Source of the DNA: Squalus acanthias
Taxonomy: Eukaryota
Assembly: GCA_030390025.1 (NCBI GenBank)
Contig: CM059431.1
Location: 132,868,001 to 132,932,000, forward strand
DNA length: 64,000 nt
Direction: 5' to 3'
Positions 1-12,850 of the stretch are shown one piece after another. The notes below the pieces were generated by a model. The model saw only the letters and a list, made by a program, of their open reading frames with translations, had not been told where the DNA came from and made no database searches. The position numbers were made by a program, and so were the translations under genes. Positions within the stretch are counted from its first letter, which is position 1. Each line of letters opens with the position of its first letter.

Positions 1-726
1 GGTTTTGCTGTCAAAATAGCAGTGAGTTTAAAGGTGCTCACCATTATTAATGTGTAAATTGTTCAGCAACTTGTGGCGAGCAAGAGATACCCCATGAATT
101 TCAAATCGCCACAAATTGTGCCGATCTGCCGTTAGCCTCGCATAAACGGCAGCTCGCCCGCAACCTCCCCATGAGTTTCATGAAGTTGCTGCATTTGCAC
201 ATGAATTGCCAATTAAACTCGCTGTAGAAAGTTAGGGCTGCTACTTAACAGTGTAATTACCTTTTTAATCAGGAGATTTATATTCCTGCAATTCCAATAA
301 GCTTCTCTGGGCCAGAAAGGGGACAATTTATGAGTGGAATCTCATTCCTACAGGTAGTAAATTGTTGTCAGACATTTTTAAAGTTTAAAATTTTATATTT
401 TTAAAATTTTTTCTTACTTTTCCTTTCTGTCTCTTTTTCTCTCTCTCTTAATCCAATCTTTCTTTCCCTCTCTGTACTTGATTTGGCATTGAATTCACCC
501 ACTCTAATTCACCCTATTTCTTTCTCGGTCATTCCTCTGTTTCTTTCTCAATCCTTCAATCTCATTCATTAAGGAGATAGACTGTTGGTCCCATCATTCA
601 CCAAGATCCCAGATGCCCTGTTGCCATTATCCTCTTGCACTTCCAGCACTACAGGGAAAAAAAACTTCAGCAGAAAGCTGAGAGAAAGTCTAACTAACGA
701 TGCCCCGCTCCAGAAAAATCTGGACC
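1..726. mobile_element. Non-autonomous DNA transposon fragment, probably Harbinger-type MITE (family H), left end outside window
   Basis: Ends ...GAAAAATCTGGACC|AAT like the other Harbinger-type ends here. Internal blocks (CCCAGATGCCCTG, TTAAGGAGAT, CT-rich tract) recur in reverse at 23166-23835. Confidence 0.5.
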
Positions 727-1754
727 AATAACTGGAAATCATTTAGTCCTTCTGCAAAATGTTCCGAAAATGAATTTAACAGAATCAAAATGTCGCTTTC
801 TTTTCCTTCAAGAGCCATTATTGGATACCATGAAAATCAGCTTGCAGCATTTAAACTTTGTTTTCTCTCCTTCTCTTTTGTCAGCATTACCTCTTATCAG
901 CAAGTTCCTTTCAAGCAAATCCTGAGCAACTTTTACACGCCTGAATGCCTTCCAGAATTAACGAAGAGTCGACACCATTGTTTAATTTTTTTTAGTGTTT
1001 ATTGAGATGACAAATGTCATTGCTAGGGAACAGAAAACTTTTTTCCACTTTTGGTATCTTGAGTCAGCATCAAGCTCCTACAGGTCAGATATTGCATTAA
1101 TTGAATGCAAAGCAAGGCTCCTGCAATTCTTCTCCAGCAGTAGGCTTTCCCTCCAGTTGTAGAACAACAATCCCACTGCACCAGTCTGATATTTTAGATT
1201 TCCCACACCAATTTTATGTTAACTTGTGATGAATTGTAGCTAGCTTGGGTATCAAGGGGGTGCTTGGATTCGTACTGTACAATGTCCTTTCATTCTGGAA
1301 CTTGAACTGAATCGAGCTTGAGCTGCTAGGATGAACTTAGACAAGTCCTAAATTAAATAAGTTTGGGTATATCAACCTAGTTTCCAATGGCCAAAGATAC
1401 ATATTACAAGACTACCCAGAAATGTGTAATAATTGCCATTCACTCAGCGATCTCAAAAGGATAGCTGGTGTGGGAAAAAGAATAGTGCAGTAAGAGGTGC
1501 TCTTCTGAGGTTGACAGTAATGCACGTTGCTAGGGCCATGTACAGCTTTACTCTGCATCTAACCAATACTGCACCTAACTTGGATCGCTCAACGCTATCA
1601 CAGTGCAAAAAATGGAAAAGTATTTAATTCCCCAGTGCTGACATCATTCCTTTTGCTGAGCCAAAATAAATGACAAAACCTACAAATTAACATGCACACA
1701 ACACGGTTAGAACTACAACACAACTGCATCCAAGCAAACATCCTCTAAAAAGAG

Positions 1755-1876
1755 AAAATTGCAAATGCTGGAAATCCAACATAAATAGAGAACATGTGAG
1801 AAATACACAACAGCTCTGTCGGTGTGTACAGAGAAAAGACAATTTAAATTTCAGGTATAGACCCTTCATCAGAATT
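1755..1876 (-). repeat. Diverged copy of the hammerhead-bearing short repeat
   Basis: Minus strand 1876-1841 reads AATT-CTGATGA-A-GGGT-CTAT-ACCT-GAAA-TT-TA-AATT; the downstream part resembles the family body (TTTCCAGCATTTGCA). Confidence 0.55.
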
Positions 1877-2378
1877 CCAAATTATTATTATTTACCGAAA
1901 CCATATATTCTACTCACTAATATTTCAATCATTGTGAACTGTACACTTACACCATATTACATGTACACCCAATGCCAATTATTTTTGTTATCATAGTTGT
2001 CACTTATATCATAGAGGACTGAATTATAGTTTTTTTTTTTGGTCCTACAGACTGTTGTATAGTGAGTAATGAGCCTTAATCTTCTCATACTGGTTGCAGC
2101 ATAGGATGGGCTATTAGAGTTACTCAGTTTCGGCAGCTACTCTATGATTTTGCAGGTTTCTCACTTTCTACTCAACTTGCATCGGCATTTGTGAGAAACA
2201 ACAGCAAATAGAGCAGCACATCATCATGGCCTATCCATTGTCGTGTTCTCCCAGTTGTTAGTAGGGATGTTACATGCTTTCAGGTTTTTCTTCAAGGTGG
2301 TCATTGAACCACTTCTACCCGTCACAAGAAAACATGTCATTTTTCAAATCATAGTAGAACATTTTCTTCGGAGGCCTA

Positions 2379-3709
2379 GGGCTCAATTTTCCAAGCCCCG
2401 AGGAGGCGGGTTTGGAGGCGGGAGTGGTGGGAAAATTGCAGATTCGGGGGGCATATACCCATCCCGCCTCCAACCCGCCTCCATGCCAATGTCCCAGGAG
2501 GCGGGTACCCGACCTGTGCTGGGAGCTGCCTCCCCGAGGCGGGAAGGGGATAGAAACATAGAAACATAGAAGATAGGAGCAGGAGTAGGCCATTCGGCCC
2601 CTCGAGCCTGCTCTGCCATTCGATGAGATCATGGCTGATCATCCAAACTCAGTATCCTGTCCCTGCTTTCTCCCCATATCCCTTGATACCTTTAGCCTTA
2701 AGAAATATATCTAACTCCTTCTTGAATATATTTACTGACTTGGCCTCAACTGCCTTCTGTGGTAGAGAATTCCACAGGTTCACCACTCTCTGGGTGAAGA
2801 AATTCCTCCTCATCTCTGTCCTAAATAGCTTGCCCCTTATCTTTAGACTGTGACCTCTTGTTCTGGACTCACCCGCCATCGGGAACATCCTTCCTGCATC
2901 CAGTCTGTCTAGCCCTGTTAGAATTTTATAAGTTTCAATGAGATCTCCTCTCATTCTTCTAAACTCTAGCGAGTATAAGCCCAATCGACCCAATCTCTCC
3001 TCGTACGTCATTCCTGCCATCCCAGGTATCAGTCTGGATTAGTGCCAATTAACTGCCTGTTAACAGGTAGTTAACAGGCAGTTTTTTGGCTAATCCCTAT
3101 TTTTAGCCCTGAACTGTGGGCTGCCCGACGGCTCCAAACCACGCCAAGTTAGCAAGGCGGACTGTCGGTCTGCAGGGCTTGGAGGGGTCGAGATGTCTGG
3201 TGTACAGGTGAGTGATGGGTGCATGAGTGCAGAGGTAAGTGTGTTTGGTGTGTGTAAAGTGTTTTAATAAGTTTTACTTACCTTTACTTTCTCCTCCAGG
3301 CTTCCTCCCTTCAGTTCTCGGGAGTCCCTCAGCTCACCGGCACAGAAAGCAGAATGTCCACTGAGCTGTCAAAAGCTGCAGCCTCTGCTTTCTGGTCTGG
3401 AAAGCTCTCTAACTGAGTCTGAGTAGAAGGACTCAAGTTAGAAGACAGATTGTCAGTGTTTGACAGCTTCACAGAGCTGTCAAACGCTGATATTTCATCT
3501 GTCAAAAGCTCTTGACAGATGAAATGTCAATCGCTGACGTCACCAGTATCCAGGTGTCCCTTAATTGGCCTGCTGAGCCCGCTGGGCGGGCTTAACAAGG
3601 TCAATCAAGGGAAAGTAGCGTGGGTTGGCCACAAATCGATGGAGGCGGGACTACAACCCAAAAAATGGGAGTCCCGCCTCCATCACGTCCCCATTGACAA
3701 AATCCAGCC
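2379..3709. mobile_element. Harbinger-type non-autonomous element (family A), interrupted by a CR1
   Basis: Ends GGGCTCAATTTT...AAAATCCAGCC. Colinear in reverse with 55907-56730, and terminal GGAGGCGGG blocks are shared with the coding Harbingers. TSD unresolved. Confidence 0.75.
2550..3036 (-). mobile_element. CR1 (HER1-like) LINE, 5'-truncated 3' end
   Basis: ORF 2649..3020 is a CR1 ORF2 C-terminus (LYSLEFRRMRGDLIETYKI...RNFFTQRVVNLWNSLP), followed by the GGGCCGAATGGCCT hairpin and an (ATGTTTCT)n tail. Confidence 0.95.
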
Positions 3710-3731
3710 TATTGTCTGACTTGCAAACAAT

Positions 3732-4475
3732 GGCCCAAAAATTAGTGCCGCTACACGAGAGTACGCACTGTGTACTCTCGCGTATTCTGTCTCCAATTGC
3801 CGGTTTTCTGCATGCACTGCGCATGCGCTGAAAACCGGCACTTGGTGAATTCAAAAGGGGGCGGTTCCTAGGTGAACCGCGTGCGCGCTACAGGCTGCGC
3901 GCACGCAGTGCACTTAGTGCTTTGGACGCGCAGGTAAGCATGGAAGATTTTAGACATAAAGAAAGGAGGTGTAGGACCCTCTTTTAACAAGGTAAGTACT
4001 TAATTAAGTATTATTTTGAATTTTTTTTAACAGGTATATCTTTTTTAGAGACTTTAAAGACAGGTAAGTTTATTTTTATAACTTTTTAAAAGATTTTAAA
4101 TTTTTTCAAAAATTTAATTTTTTGTTTAAAATGGTTAATTTATTTAACTATACTTATTTTATTAATGTGATGGTTTTTTTTTTTTATTTAATTGAGGTTT
4201 AGCTGTTCTTTTGGGTGGGTATAGTATTCATAGCTTTCACAGCCGTGCTGTGAAAGCTATGAATGAAAGATGGTGTGCTGCCATTGGCTCTAACTGAGTC
4301 ACGTGATCCCACAGCTCGCACGAATTAACTGCGCCTGTGGGATACGAAAGCCCTGCACAGCTGCTGTCCAGAACATCAAGTTTGTGCGAGCTCGGACTGA
4401 AAAAGCCAGCGCGCAGTGAGAGATCGCGGGAAGGCCTTACCCTCGCACGAAGGCTCACTCACGAATTTTTGGGCC
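3732..4475. mobile_element. Harbinger-type MITE (family B)
   Basis: 16-bp TIR GGCCCAAAAATT(A/C)GTG, AAT TSD on both sides, sister copy at 42034-42797. Confidence 0.9.
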
Positions 4476-4487
4476 AATATGACTGAT

Positions 4488-5030
4488 TAATAAGATAAGA
4501 ACATAAAAAATAGGAGCAAGAGTAGGCAATTTGGCCCCTCGAGTCTGCTCTGCCATTCAATAAGATCATGGTTGATCTTCTACCTGAACTCCACCTTCCT
4601 GCAATATCCCTTGATTCCCTTACTATCCAAAAATCTATCGATCTCTGTCTTGAATATACTCAACGACTGAGTACCCACAGCCCTCTGGGGTAGAGAATTA
4701 CAAAGATTCACAACTCTTTGATTGAAGAAATTCCTCCTCATCCCAGTCCTAAATGGCTGACCCCTTATTCTGAGACTTTGACCCCTAGTTCTAGACTCCC
4801 CAGCCAGAGGAAACATCCTCCCAAAATCTACCCTGTCAAGTCCTATAAGAACGTTATATGTTTCAATGAGATCACCTCTCATTCTTCTAAATTCTAGGGA
4901 ATATAGGCCGAGTCTCCTGAAACTCTCCTCATAGGAAAATCCCCCATCCCAGGAATCAGTCTAGTGAACCTTTGTTGCACTCCCTCTAAGACAAGTATAT
5001 CCTTCCTTAGGTAAGTAGACCAAAACTGTT
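4488..5030 (-). mobile_element. CR1 LINE 3' fragment
   Basis: ORF 4580..4882 is a CR1 ORF2 C-terminus; 3' hairpin and tail lie at 4490-4545. Confidence 0.93.
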
Positions 5031-6245
5031 ATTGCTATTTACACCTCCTCTAGACCCATCTTTTGTTTCTTTACTTGTCCCATTACCATCACCTTTTGCT
5101 TTGCACCATCATCCCTTTTGTCATTCACTCTCTTCTGCCTTCCCCTTTGTTCTTTCCTCCTTTCCCCCCTTTCCCTGCCTCTGCACTTGCTTAAAACCTA
5201 TTATATCTTTAGCTTTTTCCAGTTCTGATGAAAGGTCATTGACCTGAAACTTTGGCCGCGAATTTAATGGAGGAGGCGGGATGGTGGTGGGAGAGCTGGT
5301 TTCCTGGATCCGGTCCCGCTCCCATCTGCAGCCGCTCTGTAGAGGCGATATTCCCTTGATTGGCCTTGTTAAGCCTGCCCTGCGGGCTTCCCGGCCAATT
5401 AACAGGAAGCGGATCTGATGACGTCATTTGATGACGCGTCATCAGCCAGTTTCCTTAAAGGGACCACGTCCACATGGAGTTTGACAGTTGTTCTGTCAGT
5501 GTTTGACAGCATTGAGGTGAACACTTGTACCCAGGCTTTCCAATGACTCCATCCATATGCTTATGGAGGGAGTCACAGCATGCAGGGAGGTTCTCTTCCC
5601 TTCCAAGGGTGGAAGAGACCTCCCCAGGACACCAACTTACCTTGCACCTCCACCCAACCCTCTCTATCTACTTTACCACTTCCCCATCTCACAAGCCACC
5701 CCTCACATTCACCCTCAAAAACTTGTAAGCGAAAGAAATCTCTATACGTATTAAAAATGCAGTAACCAACATTTTCTGTGCTCTGAAACTCACCATCTGC
5801 AACATGGCATCCCTACACCACTTCTGCTGCTGTCAGCTTTTCACAAACATCAGAGCAGACTCAAAACACACCAGGTTGAGCTGGCATGTTCCCCGAACAG
5901 CGAGTAACCCGTGGGGGAGAACGTAAAATTAGAAGTAAGCCTAAAAATAGTCTTAAATTGGCTCTTAACAAGCCATTTAACAATCTGAATTGTATCCCCC
6001 ACCGCTTGGTGTCGGGTCAGTTCTCCGCTGACAGACCCGACACCTGGGAGACTCGCGTGGAGGCGGGTTGATCAGTCTTTGCTATTTTGACAGCGGACCC
6101 GCCTCCAAACCCGCCCCGAGGACTATTAAATTTGCGGCCTTTAACTCTGTTTCTCTCTCCACAGATGTTGCCTGACCAGCTGAGTATTTCCAACATTTTC
6201 TGTTTTTATTTCAGATTTCCAGCATCTACAGTATTTTGCTTTTGT
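5031..6245 (+). repeat. Longest copy of the hammerhead-bearing repeat (5031-5253 + 6140-6245), split by a Harbinger MITE
   Basis: Pyrimidine-rich leader, then AGTT-CTGATGA-A-AGGTC-ATT-GACCT-GAAA-CTTT [insert] AACTCTG and the family body ...TTTCCAGCATCTACAGTATTTTGC. Confidence 0.8.
5254..6139 (+). mobile_element. Harbinger deletion derivative (C) with a Myb/SANT exon-1 remnant
   Basis: 15-bp TIR GGCCGC(G/A)AATTTAAT, TTT TSD; MLMEGVTACREVLFPS matches exon 1 of the elements at 38131 and 26388. Confidence 0.9.
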
Positions 6246-9200
6246 GTAAGGGGGTAATAGATCTAGTTTTTCTTCCAGATTTTAGTTTACTAATTTGGAT
6301 GTGGACCATTCTGAGAACTGAAAACGGGAAGATAATGAACCACTTTGTAGGAGTCCTGAAGCCCAACATTAACCTGCCTTTTCTCTTTACAGGTGCTGAT
6401 GAACTTGCTCTGTACTTCCAGCATCTTTTTGTTTGTTTTTGGATTTCAGCTTTCCATCATCTGTAATTATTCTCAATTCCTTACCAGTGTACTTTAAGAT
6501 TTACACCACATACCTGCTTTTGTTTAAAGAGACTGGCATGTTAATGATTTTGTCAAGATTTAATTTTTTTAAACTATCTCAAAGGAATTTTATTTTTAAA
6601 AGGTTTTTCGGTAAACTTTCTTCTATGTTTACTAAACATTGTGATAGAGAGGCAAGTCACATTATAACACCTCATTCCAACACAAAAATATTATCCAGCT
6701 GCTATTGTGCAAAATCACCATGATTAAACGAAATATTGTGTAACTGTTCTTTCTCCCAGGTATAAGGATAATTCTCTTTCACTGCCTCTAACAGCAAGTC
6801 TGCGCCTTTCCTGCCCCATCAATATAAATGAAAAATTGCCTAGGTACAATTGTGCTATTTCCTTGATTTTAATATTTTATTCTCTGCAAAAGTTTGAATT
6901 ATAATATACCGGTTTCAAACTTCTACAAGTTCCCAAAATCAGTGACGCAAATTTATATAGTAAATTGCAATATAAGTGAACGTGCTCCACCTGTTAGCCC
7001 AAAAAGCAACGACTTTACATATACCCCTGCAAATCTCAACGTCAGCATTCAAGCGCCCGTATTCATTAGTATGATTGACACACTTGCACATTGCATTTGC
7101 TCACAATCATGCCCTTTTGTGACTATGAAATTTAGATCAAATCAGTGGGTGTGATAAGACAATTCAACTCTGGTATCTGCTGTCGCTTTTTTGAGCAAAC
7201 TTTCTGAGAATCTTTTCATTGAGTTTAATAGAGTTAGCTTCTACTTCCCTGTCTCCATGGTAGTAAATGCTATTTTCCCTCCACTAAAACATGGATGGTT
7301 AAATTATATTTTGATGGAAGATTGGTTACCACTAGGGAATGCTGGACTTCCAATACGTATTAGGTTGTTTCATCACTAGAGCATGACAGTAAAAAAATAA
7401 TAGCTAGGGTTGCTTTAGTAAACATCCTGAGCGGGAGCTTTTCTGTCTTTCAAAAAAGTTCCCTCACTCTCTCATTCATTTGCATAACTCGAACTCCACC
7501 TTTTCTCATTCAATCCAGCAAAGCATATCTATTCAGAAGGCATTTAGTCCATTTCTTTCTCGGCCGGTAAACCTATTCATCAATTGTTCTGCCTTGTAGA
7601 TTGCATTCTAATGCTAATCTAGCGTGTTAAATATCTTTTTGTTCTCCTTTCACCGTTTTGTTATTCAGTTTATCCAGTTTTGGTCACCCATTTATTTATT
7701 TATGCGCCTGCTTCTATTCAGTGGCTCATGTATTTTTTATTATGTTGTTTCACTGTCATGCAGTGTCAACTTAGTCTATTCAATAAGGGCTACTTGAAGG
7801 GCTAGCGGGACAAAGCGTGTACACATTGCACTGCTATTCATTCTGGCCAGCTGGATCGGCTGAAAAAAAACCTTGTGAAAAGAATCCCCACACAAAAGAC
7901 AAGAATAACTGCACAATGCTAACAGTTTTCCAAATACCACTGATTGGTTTCCACACAATGAGGCAAAAGCCGCCGGTTTTTCTTTCTCCACTTCAACAAA
8001 CAACACTCTCACAAAACCTCCCAACCCAGGGTTTTGTTCGGGCACAAAACCTCCTCGACTGGATAAACGCGCCAAACGAAAGTTCTTTTCAGATCCGTTT
8101 TCTACGTCTGCTGTAGAAAAGAAAGAAAGGGAGAGAGTGAAAGAACGGGAAAACGAGGGAAATAAACGGTGAATTAATATCGGCCTTTATACTCTTGCTG
8201 ACCTCTGCACTTTTGTTTAGAAAAGGGATAGCAGCAATGAGACAGTTATTTTGGTATTCACCATATTCAGTAAAACAGGTTGTTTCCATGTCTGACATAT
8301 GTAAAAGCAACAATATTCATATTAAACCAAACTGATTGGGTTTGCTCGGCTTATTACTTCTGTCCCTCGCCTTTAAATCAAAACAAACAAAATAAAGTCA
8401 GAACAACAGGCTGTAGTTTTGCGGGTGCAGTCTCCAGTTATTGTGGTTGATGGAGATGGATGCTGCCTTCGGATGACTTTACACACACACAGACACACAG
8501 ATTCGCCGCAGACTCGATACTCCATCAACTGCTGGCAAATTGCTCCCGGGCGCGTCCAAACTTTGCAGTGCGGGAGCATTCGCGTAAACTCGTTCCCAGA
8601 TTCGCTTAATGCGATGCAGTATTTTTAAACACTCGTGTCAGACAAAATGTGAGTCAAAAAAGAAACATGAACTGTGAAACTTTCCAAAAGTAATTGGGGC
8701 TTTACTCATCTCGACTTTCTTCCAAGCACCCCTCCCGCCCCCATCAGTTGATGTCCTAGCTTAATTTCGGATTCAAGGGTTAGTGGCTTCTTTCCCTGTA
8801 AATATTGCTAATATGGGAATTCCTGGTGAAAAGATTGTTGCTAGTTCTCAGGTCTGTACATATTTTTTGTTAGTTGTTGGAGACATATTTCAAATAGGTA
8901 ACTTCCTTTGCAGGAATTGCTGTTGTGCACGATAGGGTTTTGAGGCGAATGATCCTCTCTCCCACACGTTATTAGCGCATTCTCATACTGTATACAGTTG
9001 CCACTCACAGATAGCTTAAAGCGAGTCCCTCTCTTCCCTCCCCCTTTTCGGGAGTCTTATTGCCACCATGAAAGAGGAAGTTCCGTGCGGCGAAGTGCTT
9101 GTGTATGACAACTGCAAAGTGGCGCGGAATTGATAGGTTTAATTAACCATGTCGGAGATAATTACTCTGGACACAGAAATTAGTTCGCTATGATCGCCCA

Positions 9201-9706
9201 ACTCCATATTAAACAGGTCAAGGGTCATTTCATTTCATTCCATGACAGTTGATGACAAGTGTTAATACGAGAAAGAGAAACAAGAAAAATGTCTAACGTT
9301 TTTGATAGATACAAATTATTATTAAAACGCATTGTGCAAAATTAGAAGGGTATATCCTAAATACCTTTATTTGAAATGTATTTGTAAATCAAATGCCAAT
9401 GTCTTTAATTATAAAATAAGTATGAATCATAATGAACGAGACATGTACTTGGAGTTCATTCTCAAGCCAGGGACTACAATACATTTTCTTAAGAGAATAG
9501 TTTCCAAATAAACGAAAAATGCAGCTTATAAAAATGTACGGAATTTAGCTACAGTACTAATAAGGCGACGTCAGGTTGTTTGAATCCGAATAAGATATAA
9601 ATAAGGCACAAGTAGAAACAATTGCCCTTATTTTCGATGGAACTGGTACTTCTAAAATTAAACGGCGACCTTATTATCTTCTTCGATTTGCTTTTCCAAA
9701 TATTTC

Positions 9707-9883
9707 GCCCCGCCTTAATTTTTTGTCAAATATTGACAAACTATCCGAGAGACCTATTTGAATTCCTGTCTCCTCGAACCTAATGAATTCCAGAGATGGC
9801 CAATGCCATGTGTGTCTCCTGACGGAGGGGAGCAAAGTGCAGGAAATAAAGTGCTGACTGCAAAAAAGTGCCAGTATAAAAAG
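9707..9883 (+). promoter_or_regulatory. Candidate Pol II promoter (GC box, CCAAT, TATA)
   Basis: GCCCCGCCT 9707-9715, CCAAT 9800-9804 and TATAAAAAG 9875-9883 in canonical order within non-repeat DNA; motif evidence only. Confidence 0.3.
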
Positions 9884-12769
9884 TGGGTGGTGTGGCTGTG
9901 GACTGTTTGTTATGTAATTGCAGATTAAAAATCCAACTATGGAATGTGATGGTTAGTAAAAGTCAGGGTATCAGACCCGTTCACACCATAGTGCAGTGCA
10001 CGGGCTCAGGAGAGCGGCGCTGTAAAATGTATATTGTATCCCGAGGGAGGGGAAGGTTTGAAAGGTGATTTTAATTTCGAGGAGGCTGAATATGACTGCC
10101 CATGTCTTATGGCGCTTACAACTTGCGAATGTGGCTATTGAATGTTGTGATGATGGAGGCGGAAAGGTGGGAGCCCCGCACCCCGAAACGCACGCTGTGC
10201 CATTACTGTAAAATACCGCCCGCCGCAGCACCGTCCTCAAGCAGCCCAGCCTCAAACCAAACAGGCGAAAGAGCACCAACTCACTGCGCCTGCTCACCGA
10301 CACCCTGTGGGCTGGAGGCACACAACCGCGCCCCCCCCCCCCCCCCCCACCCCACCGGCACCACCACACCTGAAAGGACAGCGTCACTCACACAGATGCA
10401 TTAATTGAAGGCTTCCAATATTTTCATCTCTCTTTGACACACACACATCACAAACAAATACGGCCACACATTAAAACACGAAACTCAAAAAGTTAGAGGT
10501 ACTGTAATGCAAGTCTTGTAACGTTGGTTTCTATGATAATCCCTTTGTGTATTTTCTAAAATTACAGACTTATATATTACTTATAAAACTGACAAGCGAG
10601 AAAATAGATAGCGATTATCATAAATCAACTGGTTGAAGGTACAACGCAACCTGGCACTAGGCAACATTAGATAGTTAACATGTGCTGTGGGAGTGGTGCT
10701 GCGGCTCCATACAATGGATGGATTGTCAGATAATACAGAGACTGTACGGAGACGCTTTGAATACAAACTAAAATAAGAAAAGTAAAAGCCTAATCTTCTC
10801 AAGATGCAAGCCAGTCTTTAATGTCCATCGCAAAGACAGATCGCAGAAATAGACTGTCAAAATAACATGCAAAATAGCCACCTATCCTACAGCATCAGTA
10901 CTTGCTAGTAAATTATTTTAACAGATTGAACAACTGAAATCAATTTCTGTGAAATACCGGACGCTAGGTATCTGGAGCGCTAACAATATGCAAGCTAGTA
11001 TTTATACTCACTGTGAGAATTTAAGCAATGGAGTTGATCAAAAGGAGTCAGTTTCCTTTAAGATTCGCATTTTCTGACAATGGTGTATTGAGAAGCGTCA
11101 CTGTGAATAGCTGATGGGCCTTTATGCTTTATTCTGCCCTTTGCAAACAAATTGTATCCGTTTTATTTCAGTATTTTAAAATATATAATCCCGCTAATCT
11201 ACAATATTCCAAACATTTGTTCAATACCATAGTCTAATTCCATATGTAGAGTAATGTACACATTCTTTATATATTGCTGCGAATGTTCCATTTATTTAAG
11301 CACACCTTATGTGTTGTTGACATACTTTGTGCGTTTTCTGCATGTTTACAGTCGCCAAATGACTAAACACAGTTCTTGTTTGTACATGTTATCTAAATTA
11401 CAGTTACTTAAGCATGTTTGAGAACTCAATTTTGCATCGTATTCAGAATGACCTTTTCTTTGTCAGGAAATATGATCATCGGCACAGTTTTTAAATCTCC
11501 ACTACGTGGAATTCTGCATTATATATCTGATAATATATGCACAGCACGATTGTCATGGGTGGTCTTAAATTGTAAATAATAACAATATTTCATGGCAAAA
11601 GGGCGGCTTACGTGTTGGTGCCAGAAATAATACGAAGGAGACACTTGTAAACCTGGCTGGCCAAGTTACTCTTTAAAATGTGGTGAAATGTTTCAGCAAC
11701 CGATTTTTACAACTTGCTCATATCTGAAATGAACTGGGAAGGTAAGCGTTACCCTCCTCGGGTATGCCCTACACTTTTCAGCAAAGTGTAACAATTCTCT
11801 TTAAGGTTCCTAATTGGATTAGGACGTCCCCAGTGTTGGACTGGACACCATAATTCATGTTCTATGCCAAAAGTATTTTTACCTTCGGTTGGTACCGTCA
11901 GTTACTTCATCCTTAAGTACACAATTATAGGCGAGACGCAGTCACATTTCTTCGGTTTGTTAGGAAAGATATATTAGTGCTGAATGTGGCGGGTTCATTT
12001 CATATCAAATTCCCGAGAGTTTAATAAACACAAAATAAAACGTAATTGTTTCTAGCAGTGAAAATTCAGTGTGGAATGTTGAAATCATTTGCAAGTAATG
12101 AAAGATATTTTTGTTTTGTAAAGAAGGAAAGGTTGACAATGATTAAAGTTTGATACAGAAACCTTTTGAAACATTTTTATTCTGAATGCGTGTTCCAGCA
12201 AAAGGATGTTTTTAGATCTTATCGAATTAATACAGTTGCACGTACCCATCCTACAGCCTGTGCACTTCGCGGTTGGCATAAACACTCTTCTCTTGTAGGC
12301 TACTTCCGCATTCAGCACGAGTTACTCACCTTCAACATTAACTGTTTTATTATTAATATCAACATTTTCCATATTTATAAAAACATCTGTCAAATCAGAT
12401 CACTCACGATCTCTTCATAAGCTACCTTTTAGTACAGAAACTGCACCTGAAATATTTAAAATCCACCCGATATTATTTTTTTAAGTCGGCCTGTAATCGT
12501 TATAGTTAATCTCCGATTCCTGCATGACTGGGACTGTTTTGTTAAATAATAGCTTCCGATAACACTTATCAGTTTGGGATCAGCTACTCTGATAACAACA
12601 AGGCAGTTAACAATTAAATTAGGAGTCAACAATTTGTAGAACAATAAAACAAAGTCAAATATTACTGGGATTGTGTCAACCCAGCCTTAAAAATAAAAGA
12701 AATATAACCATTAAAATAATTATGTATATATACATATTAAAAAGAGTCTTGTCGATGTGCTTGACCTGC

Positions 12770-12850
12770 TCGCGATTGGATAAACATTTAATTAACAACG
12801 CCTTAGTGATTATGTGAGGTTGCGTGCGAAAGACTGCGCATGTCCCGGAG
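12770..12850 (+). promoter_or_regulatory. Candidate proximal promoter of sox21
   Basis: Inverted CCAAT (CGATTGG, ~12773-12779) and TGCGCATG (~12835) at the start of the CpG-richer stretch running into the CDS. Confidence 0.3.

Noticed and set aside
9971..10404. Overlapping ORFs with poly-Gly/poly-Pro
   Set aside because: Produced by a C18 homopolymer and local GC richness; no domain signal.
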